38,444 nt of DNA from Phycisphaeraceae bacterium (GCA_041736655.1 JBGSTE010000311.1:1-38444), one strand, 5' to 3'. Positions 16,429 to 25,395 are shown, counted from the first letter of the stretch. Numbers and translations are program-made. Notes: a model not told the origin generated them from the sequence alone.

Positions 16429-17166
16429 ATGCTCAATCTCTGTCTACATTGCGGCGCTTACGAAGCAGACCGCACCCAAGTCGCGGCGTCGGTCACGCCT
16501 GACCCGACCGATACCTGGTACCCGATCCCGCACCATCGCCTGCTCGATCAGGTCGAGTCCACGCTCGCCGGCGTCGGGCTCAACGTCGTCAGCGAGGCTC
16601 ATGCCCTGGGCCGTGACGGCGATCGATACTTCGGCCTGCTGGAAGTCCGCAACGGTCAGGCGCACGATGACTACGCGCTCGTCATTGGACTGCGCAACAG
16701 CCACGACCAATCATTCCCTGCTGGTTTGGCTGTGGGATCCGGCGTGTTTTGCTGCGATAATCTGGCATTTTCGGCCGAAATTACCGTGGCGAGGCGACAT
16801 ACTCGCTTCATCGACCGCGACCTGCCGCAACTTGTTCAAGCCGCCGTCGGCCGGCTCGGCGAGATGCGGCACAAGCAGGACGAGCGGATCGAGGCCTACA
16901 AGGCCAAGCGGCTCGCCGACCTTGACGCTCACCATCTCATGATCCAGATGATCGACACCGGCACGCTGCCCGTCACCCGGCTGCCGATCGCCCTGCACGA
17001 GTTCCGCGAACCGTCGCATGAACAGTTCCTCACCGACGGCAAGCGGACGGCGTGGACCCTGATGAACGCAACGACCGAGGCGCTCAAGGGCCGCAACCTC
17101 AACGCGCTGCCGCGGCGAACCCAATCGATGCATGGCCTACTCGACGTCGCCTGCGGCCTGAACTAA
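16429..17166 (+). CDS. DUF932/DUF945-like protein
   Basis: TWYPIPHH, GLRNSHDQSFPAGL.VG..VFCCDNLAF, RRHT and TAWTLMNATTE are typical of this phage/plasmid family. Confidence 0.8.
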   Translation: MLNLCLHCGAYEADRTQVAASVTPDPTDTWYPIPHHRLLDQVESTLAGVGLNVVSEAHALGRDGDRYFGLLEVRNGQAHDDYALVIGLRNSHDQSFPAGLAVGSGVFCCDNLAFSAEITVARRHTRFIDRDLPQLVQAAVGRLGEMRHKQDERIEAYKAKRLADLDAHHLMIQMIDTGTLPVTRLPIALHEFREPSHEQFLTDGKRTAWTLMNATTEALKGRNLNALPRRTQSMHGLLDVACGLN

Positions 17167-17227
17167 ACCGCACCACCCGCGCCGCGACATCGATAGACAC
17201 CCCCTCACTCAACCCAAGGAACACCCC

Positions 17228-17446
17228 ATGAAACAACACCCACAACGCGGCATCGCCCGCGTCGTCATCCTCGCGGTCCTAATCCTCGTCACCTTGTCGG
17301 TTCTCGCCCGATGCGACATCGAGCAGAGCCGGACCCGGCCTCACCCCACAACCGATCGAGAGGACCACCATGCACCGGATCACACGAATAATTGCCGGCA
17401 CCGTGATGCTCTGGCTCGGGCTGAGCCTGTGCGGTACGGCGTATGA
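17228..17446 (+). CDS. Small exported/membrane peptide (possible)
   Basis: AAGGAA RBS and hydrophobic N-terminus. It overlaps the next gene by 77 nt, so it is uncertain. Confidence 0.4.
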   Translation: MKQHPQRGIARVVILAVLILVTLSVLARCDIEQSRTRPHPTTDREDHHAPDHTNNCRHRDALARAEPVRYGV

Positions 17447-17963
17447 CACGCTGGCATCCGCCGCGCAGCCCAGACCACCCGACGAACCTCCATGTATCGA
17501 CCGCATCCGCGAGCTGGCCGAGCTGACGGTCCTCGAAGTTAATGCAAGCGAGATCGTTAACGCCGAAATCAGCGGCTACACCGGCGGGACATGCGTCATC
17601 GTGCTCGTGCAGGGCAACGTCACGCTCGGCGTCGACCTGGGCGCAGCGGAGTACCTCCACGTCGATCTGGAGCGGCGTCACCTCGTCCTGTCACTCCCTC
17701 AGCCCACGGTCCGACGCACCTCGATCGACCCGCGAACAAGCCGACTTCTGCGCTGTGACAGGGCCGGGCTCTGGCGGATGGCGGTCGGACCGGCACGAGA
17801 GTACGAGGCGTTCGCGGCGGCGCTGGCGATCGGGCAGGAGCGATTGAGGAGTACGGCAGCAAGCGACGACTTCGTGGACCGTGCCGGGCGTCACGCCGAG
17901 TCTGTGCTGGCCCGGTTCGTATCGGAGATGGGATGGACGCTGGACGTGCGCTGGCAGGAATAA
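17370..17963 (+). CDS. DUF4230-like membrane-anchored protein
   Basis: N-terminal TM, IRELAELTVLE, VQGNVTLGVDL, LVLSLPQP and C-terminal A..HAESVL..F. GAGG RBS. Confidence 0.75.
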   Translation: MHRITRIIAGTVMLWLGLSLCGTAYDTLASAAQPRPPDEPPCIDRIRELAELTVLEVNASEIVNAEISGYTGGTCVIVLVQGNVTLGVDLGAAEYLHVDLERRHLVLSLPQPTVRRTSIDPRTSRLLRCDRAGLWRMAVGPAREYEAFAAALAIGQERLRSTAASDDFVDRAGRHAESVLARFVSEMGWTLDVRWQE

Positions 17964-17981
17964 CCAGAAATTGCGGCGGGT

Positions 17982-18023
17982 CCGGGCGGGGCTTCGGCCC
18001 CGCCCGGGCCGGCTGCTTTTTTT
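17982..18023 (+). terminator. Intrinsic terminator closing the + strand operon
   Basis: CCGGGCGGGGC-TTCG-GCCCCGCCCGG followed by T7. Confidence 0.75.
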
Positions 18024-18057
18024 AGCTATCACACCACGATTCGGACGGAGAAGCTCC

Positions 18058-18906
18058 TCAAGGCAATCCCACTGCCCCTTCGGCTCGCTTACTTCGCCAC
18101 GGACGCCAAATGCACAAGACAAGCAGTGTAACCCCCATTACGGCAACAGAAACGATCACTGTCGTCCAATTGGTACCCTCAGCAATCCCTTTCCCAACTT
18201 CGCTTGCGGCTTGGTTCACTGGCTCTACCACGATCCCCGCCAGATCCGTCGTTCCATCAATAAACGGCTGAGGATCTGCCAGAAACGCCGCGGCAACGGC
18301 GGTAACCGCAAGAGCACCCTTATGCTTGTAGATGAAGTCAGCGGCCTTGTCTCCGTACTTGCCGATCACGCCCAGCATCTCGTCGGCCTTGCCAGCGGCA
18401 GCCAGCGACCCGTCATCAGCCATCATGGCAATCCGGCGGGCGTTTTGAGTAGATACCGCTTGGATCGCGCTGATGGCGGGCTGCCCGAACTTCTCGATGA
18501 CGGGGGCTGCGACACCGGGGTGCTTGATCATCGCCTCCGCCGCTTGGTCGCCGTGTTTTACGAATATAGCCAAATTATTTGGTCTTGAAGCGACCCACAC
18601 GCCATCGTTGCCGTAGCGATTGATCAGCCTGAGAACATCGGGCGCATTATCACCCGCATCATCCAGCAGTGTGAACGCCCTGGGTCCGGCTTTCCGGATC
18701 GCATCGACGGCTTCGTCGCCATACTTCGCGGCATAATTGCTCACCTTGGTGGTCAGCGTCTCCACCGACTGCTCACCCACTTCCTTGCCGAAGCGCTGAA
18801 GCAGGTACTCTGCGGCCTCGCGGGCCGCTTGAGACTTCGTGCCGGCCTGGGCGGTCGAGTAGCTGGTGAGCAATAGCAGGAGCGAAATTACCAACGTTCT
18901 GGTCAC
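18058..18906 (-). CDS. Exported helical-repeat hypothetical protein with C-terminal TM
   Basis: Signal peptide (..AQA), repeated K[YHF]G(D/Q)xA units and a C-terminal hydrophobic helix. Overlapping start/stop with the upstream gene. Confidence 0.8.
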   Translation of the reverse strand: MTRTLVISLLLLLTSYSTAQAGTKSQAAREAAEYLLQRFGKEVGEQSVETLTTKVSNYAAKYGDEAVDAIRKAGPRAFTLLDDAGDNAPDVLRLINRYGNDGVWVASRPNNLAIFVKHGDQAAEAMIKHPGVAAPVIEKFGQPAISAIQAVSTQNARRIAMMADDGSLAAAGKADEMLGVIGKYGDKAADFIYKHKGALAVTAVAAAFLADPQPFIDGTTDLAGIVVEPVNQAASEVGKGIAEGTNWTTVIVSVAVMGVTLLVLCIWRPWRSKRAEGAVGLP

Positions 18907-19091
18907 TGGTCACCCCCAAATTTTTCGGCGGCAGCGTCTAGACCTTCCGATTGTTCCTCGGGATTATTGGAGTTGAGTTTCTCGATGGTCGACTTGTCCG
19001 TTTCCGGAGGCTGACCATCGCCGCAACCGGAGAGGGAAATACACATGAAACTGAAAAATATGAACGTCATCAGTGTGGTTAGTTGCTTCAT
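18903..19091 (-). CDS. Small lipoprotein
   Basis: Lipobox LSGC after a hydrophobic segment. Start/stop overlaps with both neighbours. Confidence 0.7.
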   Translation of the reverse strand: MKQLTTLMTFIFFSFMCISLSGCGDGQPPETDKSTIEKLNSNNPEEQSEGLDAAAEKFGGDQ

Positions 19092-20266
19092 TTCTGCGTT
19101 CCTTCCTCGAATATCAGTTCTTTCAGGGTTAACTCCCTTGAACGGGATTGGATCTCAGCCACCTGATCCAATGCATACTTGAGCCCAAGTGCGCCACCCC
19201 GCTCGATTCTCGCCTGCACCTTCTTGGCCTTTGCTCGCATATCGGGATCTGGATGATCTGTCGCCATTTGTTTGATGCGATCATGGAGTACCCATGCCTC
19301 GGGGTCACCCGTGGTGATCGTCAGTTTCACGTCACCCAAGCTCGCGGCCACCTTGTCAGCGATATCCCCTGCTGGGTCGTGAAACCAACCAATAATCCAA
19401 TCGAGTAAAAAGTCGACTCCGATCGCAATCACAATCCCCGCGCCGAGTGTCGCCGCCGACGCTGCTGCGCCAGTCGTCATAATTGCAGCCGATACCCCAA
19501 GACGAGTCGCCATCGAAGTTAGCGTTTTCGTGACGACAACCGCGACAGCTTCTCCCACGGTAAACGATGTGATTTCACGACCCACATCGACTTGGAGATC
19601 ACTCGCAATATCGGCCGCGACAGCGACAACGATGTCTGTGAACCGTGAACTGAGCCGGTCTTCGTTTGCGAAATCAGGAAGGGCTTCCACTGGAAGATCT
19701 TCGCAATCGGCCCTGACCTGTACCAGCAACTCGTTCTGGACCGCCCGCAGGCCCATCGCGTATTCATCGGAGGCCTGCTTGAGAAGTGCGGCGAGTTCGT
19801 CCTGCGTAAAGATGTATTCTGAGAAGCGTGCCTCAATAAACGCGCGGTGGCCTTCTCGGCTCTTGATCAGCTCCCATTTGCTTTTCCAACCAAGCGACGC
19901 CTGGGCGAAGTCCTTCGCTCCATCCTTGCGGCCATCAAAGAACGACTCGATCCGATGGATTAACTGGTTGGTCAGCTCACGCGTTTTTACGTCGGCCGTC
20001 TTTAGGCGAGGTTGGATGCGCTGCCAAGCCTCTTCGCGGATAGCCGCAGTGTCCACATCGTCTGGCGGTGCAACCTCATTGCCTCCGGGCGATAGGCTAG
20101 GACGGTCCGGCAGTGGCGGCGGAGTATCCGTCGCAATGCGGTAGACCAGAAATCCAACTAATCCCATCACGATACCCAGGGACAACACCGCGAAAACCCG
20201 CCGGTTAAACCCCGAGGCTTCTGGCCCCCCGTCCTGGCCCCTAGTCTCTTCAAGCGATTTTGACAT
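19088..20266 (-). CDS. Membrane-associated hypothetical protein (start may extend to 20347)
   Basis: Long ORF with an N-terminal TM, helical body and Gly/Ala-rich hydrophobic hairpin. Confidence 0.8.
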   Translation of the reverse strand: MSKSLEETRGQDGGPEASGFNRRVFAVLSLGIVMGLVGFLVYRIATDTPPPLPDRPSLSPGGNEVAPPDDVDTAAIREEAWQRIQPRLKTADVKTRELTNQLIHRIESFFDGRKDGAKDFAQASLGWKSKWELIKSREGHRAFIEARFSEYIFTQDELAALLKQASDEYAMGLRAVQNELLVQVRADCEDLPVEALPDFANEDRLSSRFTDIVVAVAADIASDLQVDVGREITSFTVGEAVAVVVTKTLTSMATRLGVSAAIMTTGAAASAATLGAGIVIAIGVDFLLDWIIGWFHDPAGDIADKVAASLGDVKLTITTGDPEAWVLHDRIKQMATDHPDPDMRAKAKKVQARIERGGALGLKYALDQVAEIQSRSRELTLKELIFEEGTQK

Positions 20267-20438
20267 GTCTTGCGCCCCGTTGAAAGCAATCGAGTTCTTT
20301 AAGATCTGCGAGCCCGCACTCGGTGTTCCCCAATAAAGATCAGTCACGGTTCATGATGTGGGAATGACCAACAGTGACACCATTCTAGCCTGATCGCATT
20401 TCGCGATCAAGCATGACCTGCCCCGATCATGCCAGCCC

Positions 20439-20717
20439 ATGGTCGAATCCGTCTGGAGCAAGGGGTATGACGCGGTCATCGAGGCTGTGGTCGCCATGCG
20501 CGAGGAGGCCGGCCTGACCCAGCGTGAGCTGGCCCAACGGATCGGCCGGGAGCAGAGCTTCATCGGCTGGATCGAGACCCGCCAGCGGCGTGTCGACCTG
20601 GTCGAGTTCATCTGGATCGCCCGCTGCTGCGGCTTTGACGGCAAGAAGGAACTTGCCAAGGTAACCGACCAGGTCCTCGACCTGATCCCAAAGAAGCCGC
20701 GAAACAACCAGAAGTGA
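20439..20717 (+). CDS. XRE-family helix-turn-helix regulator
   Basis: REEAGLTQRELAQRIGREQSFIGWIETRQRRVDLVEF. Confidence 0.88.
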   Translation: MVESVWSKGYDAVIEAVVAMREEAGLTQRELAQRIGREQSFIGWIETRQRRVDLVEFIWIARCCGFDGKKELAKVTDQVLDLIPKKPRNNQK

Positions 20718-20793
20718 CTGAACTTAACCTTGACTTTGATTCGGATAAGGCCAGAGCCTTTCGAAGTGGCATGTGAAGATCAGGGTCGTCTTT

Positions 20794-20955
20794 GCTGTGT
20801 TGACGCCATCCCCCACCGCACCGTCCCGGCTAACGCCGGATCGCGTAGGCCAGCACCTTCAGCGCCGCGTCCATCATCAGCCCGCGCTCGCTGGTCGCGT
20901 TCAGTGTGCTGCCCATCGTCCGTTTCATCCCACTCATGAACGTCTCGGCCAACGC
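20794..20955 (-). pseudogene. 3' remnant of a DDE (IS4/IS5-like) transposase with possible terminal repeat
   Basis: The minus strand reads AETFMSGMKRTMGSTLNA...LKVLAYAIRR*, the E-x6-K/R C-terminal DDE motif. GCTGTGTTGAC at 20794 resembles an IS end. Confidence 0.5.
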
Positions 20956-21176
20956 GGTGAGCGAGAGCTTCATCGGCACGCTCAAGACCGAGCTCGATGA
21001 GCCGCTGCCGACACGCTCGATCGCCCACGCCAAACTGTTCGATTACATCGAGGTGTTTTACAACCGTCAGCGTCTGCACTCAACGCTAAACAATATGAGT
21101 CCCGCGGCTTACGAAGCCAAGCACCAGGCCGCTTAACCAAGTTGATCCCCGCGCCCGTCATTCGGGGGGAAGCTCA
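20950..21176 (+). mobile_element. IS3-family 3' remnant (integrase core end + right inverted repeat)
   Basis: NAVSESFIGTLKTEL...FDYIEVFYNRQRLHSTLNNMSPAAYE*, then a terminus ...CGGGGGGAAGCTCA ending in CA at 21176. Confidence 0.8.
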
Positions 21177-21846
21177 CTTGGCCGCGCGGTTGGACGAGGC
21201 CGATCCCCAAAGATGATCGTCCGTTGAACATCCCGCCGAGCTGCTGGATGCTCTGAAGGCCCGGCACCGGCCTAACGCGATCGGGATGGCACCACTCGTA
21301 GCTTTTGAAGTCCATGACCTTCTGCGCATGATCGCTTATGTGTGTATAGAACCGCGTGGGATCGACCGCAGTGTGTGAATTGGATACGGCCCGGCTGAGG
21401 TGATGCACCGTGAAGATCACGCCAATCACCGGAACCGCCGGCAGCGCGCGTCTGGCCATATCCAACTGGTATTGGAGGTTGCCTGGCGCAGCGTCGAGAT
21501 TCGCCGGCTCAAAGTCATCGCAAAGCTTCGCTTCAAGGACTGCCAGGAGCCGGCTCGCGTAGTCTGTTGCCACTGTGATGTCAGGCAACTTGCGGCGGTC
21601 GTCTTCAATGAGCGAAACGATGTCCCCATCAAATTTCTTCACGAGAGACAAGTACGACTCCTCGCCATACACGCGGTGGCCCGTCTTTAGGTGGCCAGCA
21701 GAAGCTCGCGACAGAGCCGCAATTGCCTCTGCCACAAACCACACCTCGCGTTTCGGTCCATTCACGATGTGCCAGAAATCATCTCGGCGCGACAGATGGG
21801 AACTCACGACATTCCAGAAATAGTCCGGTGTAAATGCGGCCGACAT
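21133..21846 (-). CDS. Putative PD-(D/E)xK nuclease-fold protein (last ~14 codons IS-derived)
   Basis: REVWFVAE...LPDITV...VLEAKL motif arrangement and GGGAG RBS. Confidence 0.6.
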   Translation of the reverse strand: MSAAFTPDYFWNVVSSHLSRRDDFWHIVNGPKREVWFVAEAIAALSRASAGHLKTGHRVYGEESYLSLVKKFDGDIVSLIEDDRRKLPDITVATDYASRLLAVLEAKLCDDFEPANLDAAPGNLQYQLDMARRALPAVPVIGVIFTVHHLSRAVSNSHTAVDPTRFYTHISDHAQKVMDFKSYEWCHPDRVRPVPGLQSIQQLGGMFNGRSSLGIGLVQPRGQVSFPPNDGRGDQLG

Positions 21847-21879
21847 TAGAGTACTCCCTTCTCGATTTCAGACTCAACG

Positions 21880-22281
21880 TCAACTTTCATTCGCACGGTT
21901 CAGCAGGCGGCGAGGACGCGTCGGCCGTGCCTTGACCAGCACTGGCGCGGAATTCATGTGGGATGCGGAAAGCATCGAGATCTTCGGTGCAAAGCCGTCC
22001 CTCCCCGGTAGCCCAATTGTCCGGAGTCTTTCCCCCGCGTATAGACGCAGCGCGTTCCAGATCAGGGGTTTGAGAACGCGGTCGAATGCCTCCGCGCAGC
22101 GAGCGCACAGAAATACCTTGTTCTCGATTTTGTTAACGCCACTTACGATGTGCGACTCGTGCAGGCCGAGGTTGGCCAGGACGGGGCTGCATCCGCCGCA
22201 AATGGCGCATCCGCGACCCGACCGCCCCAGGATATGATGTTCCCGCGCCTTTGCCGTTCTGGTTCTGTTGTTGTCTGGCAT
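21880..22281 (-). CDS. HNH-like Zn-finger endonuclease
   Basis: CAICG...HESHIV...ENKVFLCARCAEAFD and AAAGGAA RBS before ATG 22281. The last canonical His is replaced by Ala. Confidence 0.6.
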   Translation of the reverse strand: MPDNNRTRTAKAREHHILGRSGRGCAICGGCSPVLANLGLHESHIVSGVNKIENKVFLCARCAEAFDRVLKPLIWNALRLYAGERLRTIGLPGRDGFAPKISMLSASHMNSAPVLVKARPTRPRRLLNRANES

Positions 22282-22343
22282 GTCATTCCTTTCTTCTGGC
22301 TGAATGCGAGGTCCGGTGCGGAAGTGGCCCGAGCTCGGCGAGA

Positions 22344-24503
22344 TCACGCCGGCGGGGCATCTTGCGTGGAGACCTCCCCAATCAACCGACGCACTCGCGT
22401 CACGAGCCCGCCCCAACCCTCAAGAATCAATTGCATGATCACACTGCGCTCTTTCTGAGCGATCTCGTTCTCGAACCAGTGGTCACTCTTGGACGCGATG
22501 TCGTCCCGATAGCCGCTGCCTCGACCCCATCGGTCTTCGCACGCTTTCCAGAACTCAACATCGTCACTCAAGGGCTGCTCGAACGCAGATCGTCCTGCGA
22601 CCTGAAGTCGCTGAAATAGCTCATCCGCCTCCCGATCAACCCGGCCGGAAATCTCGCGAAGAAAATCGTGCGCCGGGCTCAACTGTTCGTCATCGAGCAA
22701 GTTGGTGACGATGGCTTTCAAGGCTGCAACGCGATCCTGAGCGTGCTTCGCAGCCACAATTCTAGCGCCACGCCCCAGCTGGTAGTAATAGTCCAGATAT
22801 GAGTATGCACCCTTCCGCCGGGTAGATGCCCAGACACTCCGGGCGTGCGTGGACTTGATCGTCGAAACAAGCTGTTGCTGGATGCTGTCCGTGAGTTCAC
22901 CCAACGCGCTGTTCTTCTCAAGCCACACCAGCACTCGCCGCATGGCCTCGTTGAAAACGGCATGCGCCTCTTCTTGTTCCCTGTTCTGGATGAGCCGTTC
23001 AATCGTAGAGGAGAGGCTGCTGATCCGCTGCGCTTGGCGATCCCTGATCCGGTCGACCATGCCGACAATGGCATCCCGAGTCGGTGCAAAGTCGTCGTAC
23101 ATCGCGTTGAAGAAACACACGGACACGCCGGGCAGGCCAATTCTGCTCAAGGCGGATGCGATCTGGTCGCGCTTGACGTCGTATCCCTCCTCGTCGTCAG
23201 CGACGGTGTGGCCGGCATGGTCTTTCATCGATACCGCCTCATTCGGCCTCGCCAGCACCAGAACAACGCTGCGAGATTCGACGTCCGAGACGCCGGCTGC
23301 TTTTGATCGCTCCAAAAGCATCTGAACGGTTTGCTCGGGCGCATCCATGAACTTCGAGCACAGCACGACGAATGTTCGCGGGTTATCAAAGTGGCACTCA
23401 ATGTCAGCACGCTGTGCAGTTTGGTCGACACCGCGCGTGTCAATGATGCGCAGCGAGTAATGCGGGTGGGCGAGGACCGGGCCAGGAACCACAACCTCGA
23501 TTCGCTCAGGAATCGAAAACTCGGGATGGCGGCCGTTATTAATCTCCGCAAACATCTTCTGAAGCCATCGAAGGGCAGGCTCAGGCTCGGATGCCGAGTA
23601 CCACAGCGTCCGCCCATCACGGCGAGGCAGTTTCATTCGAGAGAGAATCTCCACAGCAAGGTCACCCGCCGAGGCAATTGAGGCGGCCAGCTCTCGCGCC
23701 GGATCGGTCCTCGTTCGCCTTCCTGATTCCTCGCGGCGCGATACGACGGTAAGCCCAGACATGTTGCGGATCGCCCGCTCGAGCTCGCGGCTCACCCCGA
23801 TTCCATTATCCGCCGGAAGCGGCTTCTCATCTTCGCCCCGCGCCTGCACCAGGTACTCGGCGAAGTCAGCGACGTCCTGGCGGATCGCCGCATCGGATCG
23901 CGGCTGAACGATAAGGCCGAACTGGGGACCTCTGGTAATCTGAACTTCGCAGATAGTGGTGCCTCCGCCGCCCGCCTCAAGGACCATTTTTTGCGTCAGC
24001 GTCTTCTCATCAGGCAGTCGCAGGTCAGCCAGCGAACAGATCGTTGTTGACTTGCCGACGCCGATGCTTCCGACGAAGGCTAGATCGTGGGCCAGGTCAA
24101 GCAGGAACTGTGCAGCGGCTTTGACCTCCGCCTCGTAGAACTCCACCTGCTTTATGAACGCGGCCTTGGCGTCGGGAGTCTTTAGCGGCTCGACCGACTG
24201 AAGTAGCTGCTCGGCGTGCCAAAGGTCCTGCCGGCTCGGATGGTGGAATGGTGGGCGTTGCAGATGCCGCCAATCCTGCGTCAGGAACGTTTTGAACTCA
24301 CGCGCTTCGTCGGTGCCGATGGCCTCCAGCATGGCGTTCAACTCATCGCCCGGCAGTTCGATCTCTCCTTTTTCGATCCGCGAAATCGTCGGGGCGCTCA
24401 TCGGCAGCCTCTTGGCCAGTGCCGCCTGAGTAATGCCAGCCGCATCCCGGATTCGCATGAGAGCCGTGCCGACCGCTACCGAACTGGTTTGTGTCTTTGC
24501 CAT
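22344..24503 (-). CDS. XRE-HTH fused to dynamin-like/TRAFAC GTPase with long helical C-terminus
   Basis: IRDAAGITQAALAKRL..SAPTISRIEKG (XRE); FVGSIGVGKST (G1), GGGGTTICEV (G2), IIDTRG (G3); C-terminal helical bundle. AAAGGAG RBS. Confidence 0.8.
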   Translation of the reverse strand: MAKTQTSSVAVGTALMRIRDAAGITQAALAKRLPMSAPTISRIEKGEIELPGDELNAMLEAIGTDEAREFKTFLTQDWRHLQRPPFHHPSRQDLWHAEQLLQSVEPLKTPDAKAAFIKQVEFYEAEVKAAAQFLLDLAHDLAFVGSIGVGKSTTICSLADLRLPDEKTLTQKMVLEAGGGGTTICEVQITRGPQFGLIVQPRSDAAIRQDVADFAEYLVQARGEDEKPLPADNGIGVSRELERAIRNMSGLTVVSRREESGRRTRTDPARELAASIASAGDLAVEILSRMKLPRRDGRTLWYSASEPEPALRWLQKMFAEINNGRHPEFSIPERIEVVVPGPVLAHPHYSLRIIDTRGVDQTAQRADIECHFDNPRTFVVLCSKFMDAPEQTVQMLLERSKAAGVSDVESRSVVLVLARPNEAVSMKDHAGHTVADDEEGYDVKRDQIASALSRIGLPGVSVCFFNAMYDDFAPTRDAIVGMVDRIRDRQAQRISSLSSTIERLIQNREQEEAHAVFNEAMRRVLVWLEKNSALGELTDSIQQQLVSTIKSTHARSVWASTRRKGAYSYLDYYYQLGRGARIVAAKHAQDRVAALKAIVTNLLDDEQLSPAHDFLREISGRVDREADELFQRLQVAGRSAFEQPLSDDVEFWKACEDRWGRGSGYRDDIASKSDHWFENEIAQKERSVIMQLILEGWGGLVTRVRRLIGEVSTQDAPPA

Positions 24504-24526
24504 TTCTGGACTCCTTTGAAACGTTG

Positions 24527-24581
24527 CTGAACGTATTCAGAAACGATACAGAATGCTATCATTTCGCCATGCGGCGGTCAA
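24527..24581 (-). promoter_or_regulatory. Sigma70-type promoter TTGACC-N17-TAGCAT with downstream palindrome CTGAA-N4-TTCAG (putative operator)
   Basis: -35 at 24581-24576, -10 at 24558-24553, and a palindrome at 24527-24540 between the -10 and the RBS. Confidence 0.6.
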
Positions 24582-24762
24582 ACTATTGGCCGTACGGATC
24601 TAGAAACTTAGGTATAAACTAATTTACTATGAGGATTTAAGATCGTAATATTCCGGCAATTGTGGTTGCCCGTCGTGACCACTTTGGCCCGTTTGACCCT
24701 TTTGGGCCACTCGGTGCTGGCGATGCGTAGGGAAGCCGAAACGTTGAGCTGCATCGTGCGGA

Positions 24763-25395
24763 ATGCGAGACTACTGTCGAGGAAGGAGTTGCGTGGTGGA
24801 CAGCGTGCCGCTCGGATTCGAGGACCAATGCAGGCAGCACATCGACCGTTTCTTCGCAGCGTATCCACACGCGGTGGAACGAGAGTATGTTGAAGATGAG
24901 CTGGGGCAACTGGCAATCAGTAGAATTCCGCTCAAGGGCCAGCGGGAGGGTTGGGCGGCAGGCATCATCTTCGCTGTCGCCACGGGCGGGTATGTGCCCA
25001 AGTCCATTTCGGGCGTAAGCAATGCGCAGTTCGAGGCGATCACTCGGACTTCGATAGAATGGTCGCGCCAGCGTGCGCGGCAAGTCCTGGAGATCATGGA
25101 GCCAGTACCACCGGCGGATGATTCCCTGACGCTTCCGCCTGACCCGCGGATCGAGAAAGAACTCGCCCAGAGGCTGCACCCCGTATGGATGACCCGAAAG
25201 CTCATCGACGAAAATAAGCGCGTGTGGTCTAGCGCCTATGGGGTGCCTCAAAGCGATGCTGACACCATTGAGATCATCCTCAACCTCGTGCGATTTGGTC
25301 GAGTACTCTTTGAGGCCAAAGTCGAAATCCGCGCTCGTGAGTCACGGCGGCCGATGCCGCCCTTCAAGACTGACCCTTTGGACTACAGCATTTGA
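24763..25395 (+). CDS. Hypothetical protein (weak DUF6398-like resemblance; start uncertain)
   Basis: Open 210-codon frame containing the PLKGQREGWAAGIIFAV motif. Confidence 0.5.
   Translation: MRDYCRGRSCVVDSVPLGFEDQCRQHIDRFFAAYPHAVEREYVEDELGQLAISRIPLKGQREGWAAGIIFAVATGGYVPKSISGVSNAQFEAITRTSIEWSRQRARQVLEIMEPVPPADDSLTLPPDPRIEKELAQRLHPVWMTRKLIDENKRVWSSAYGVPQSDADTIEIILNLVRFGRVLFEAKVEIRARESRRPMPPFKTDPLDYSI

Noticed and set aside
17228-17320. Type IV pilin-like leader (QRG-IARVV)
   Set aside because: It lacks the F+1/E+5 consensus and there are no pilus genes nearby.
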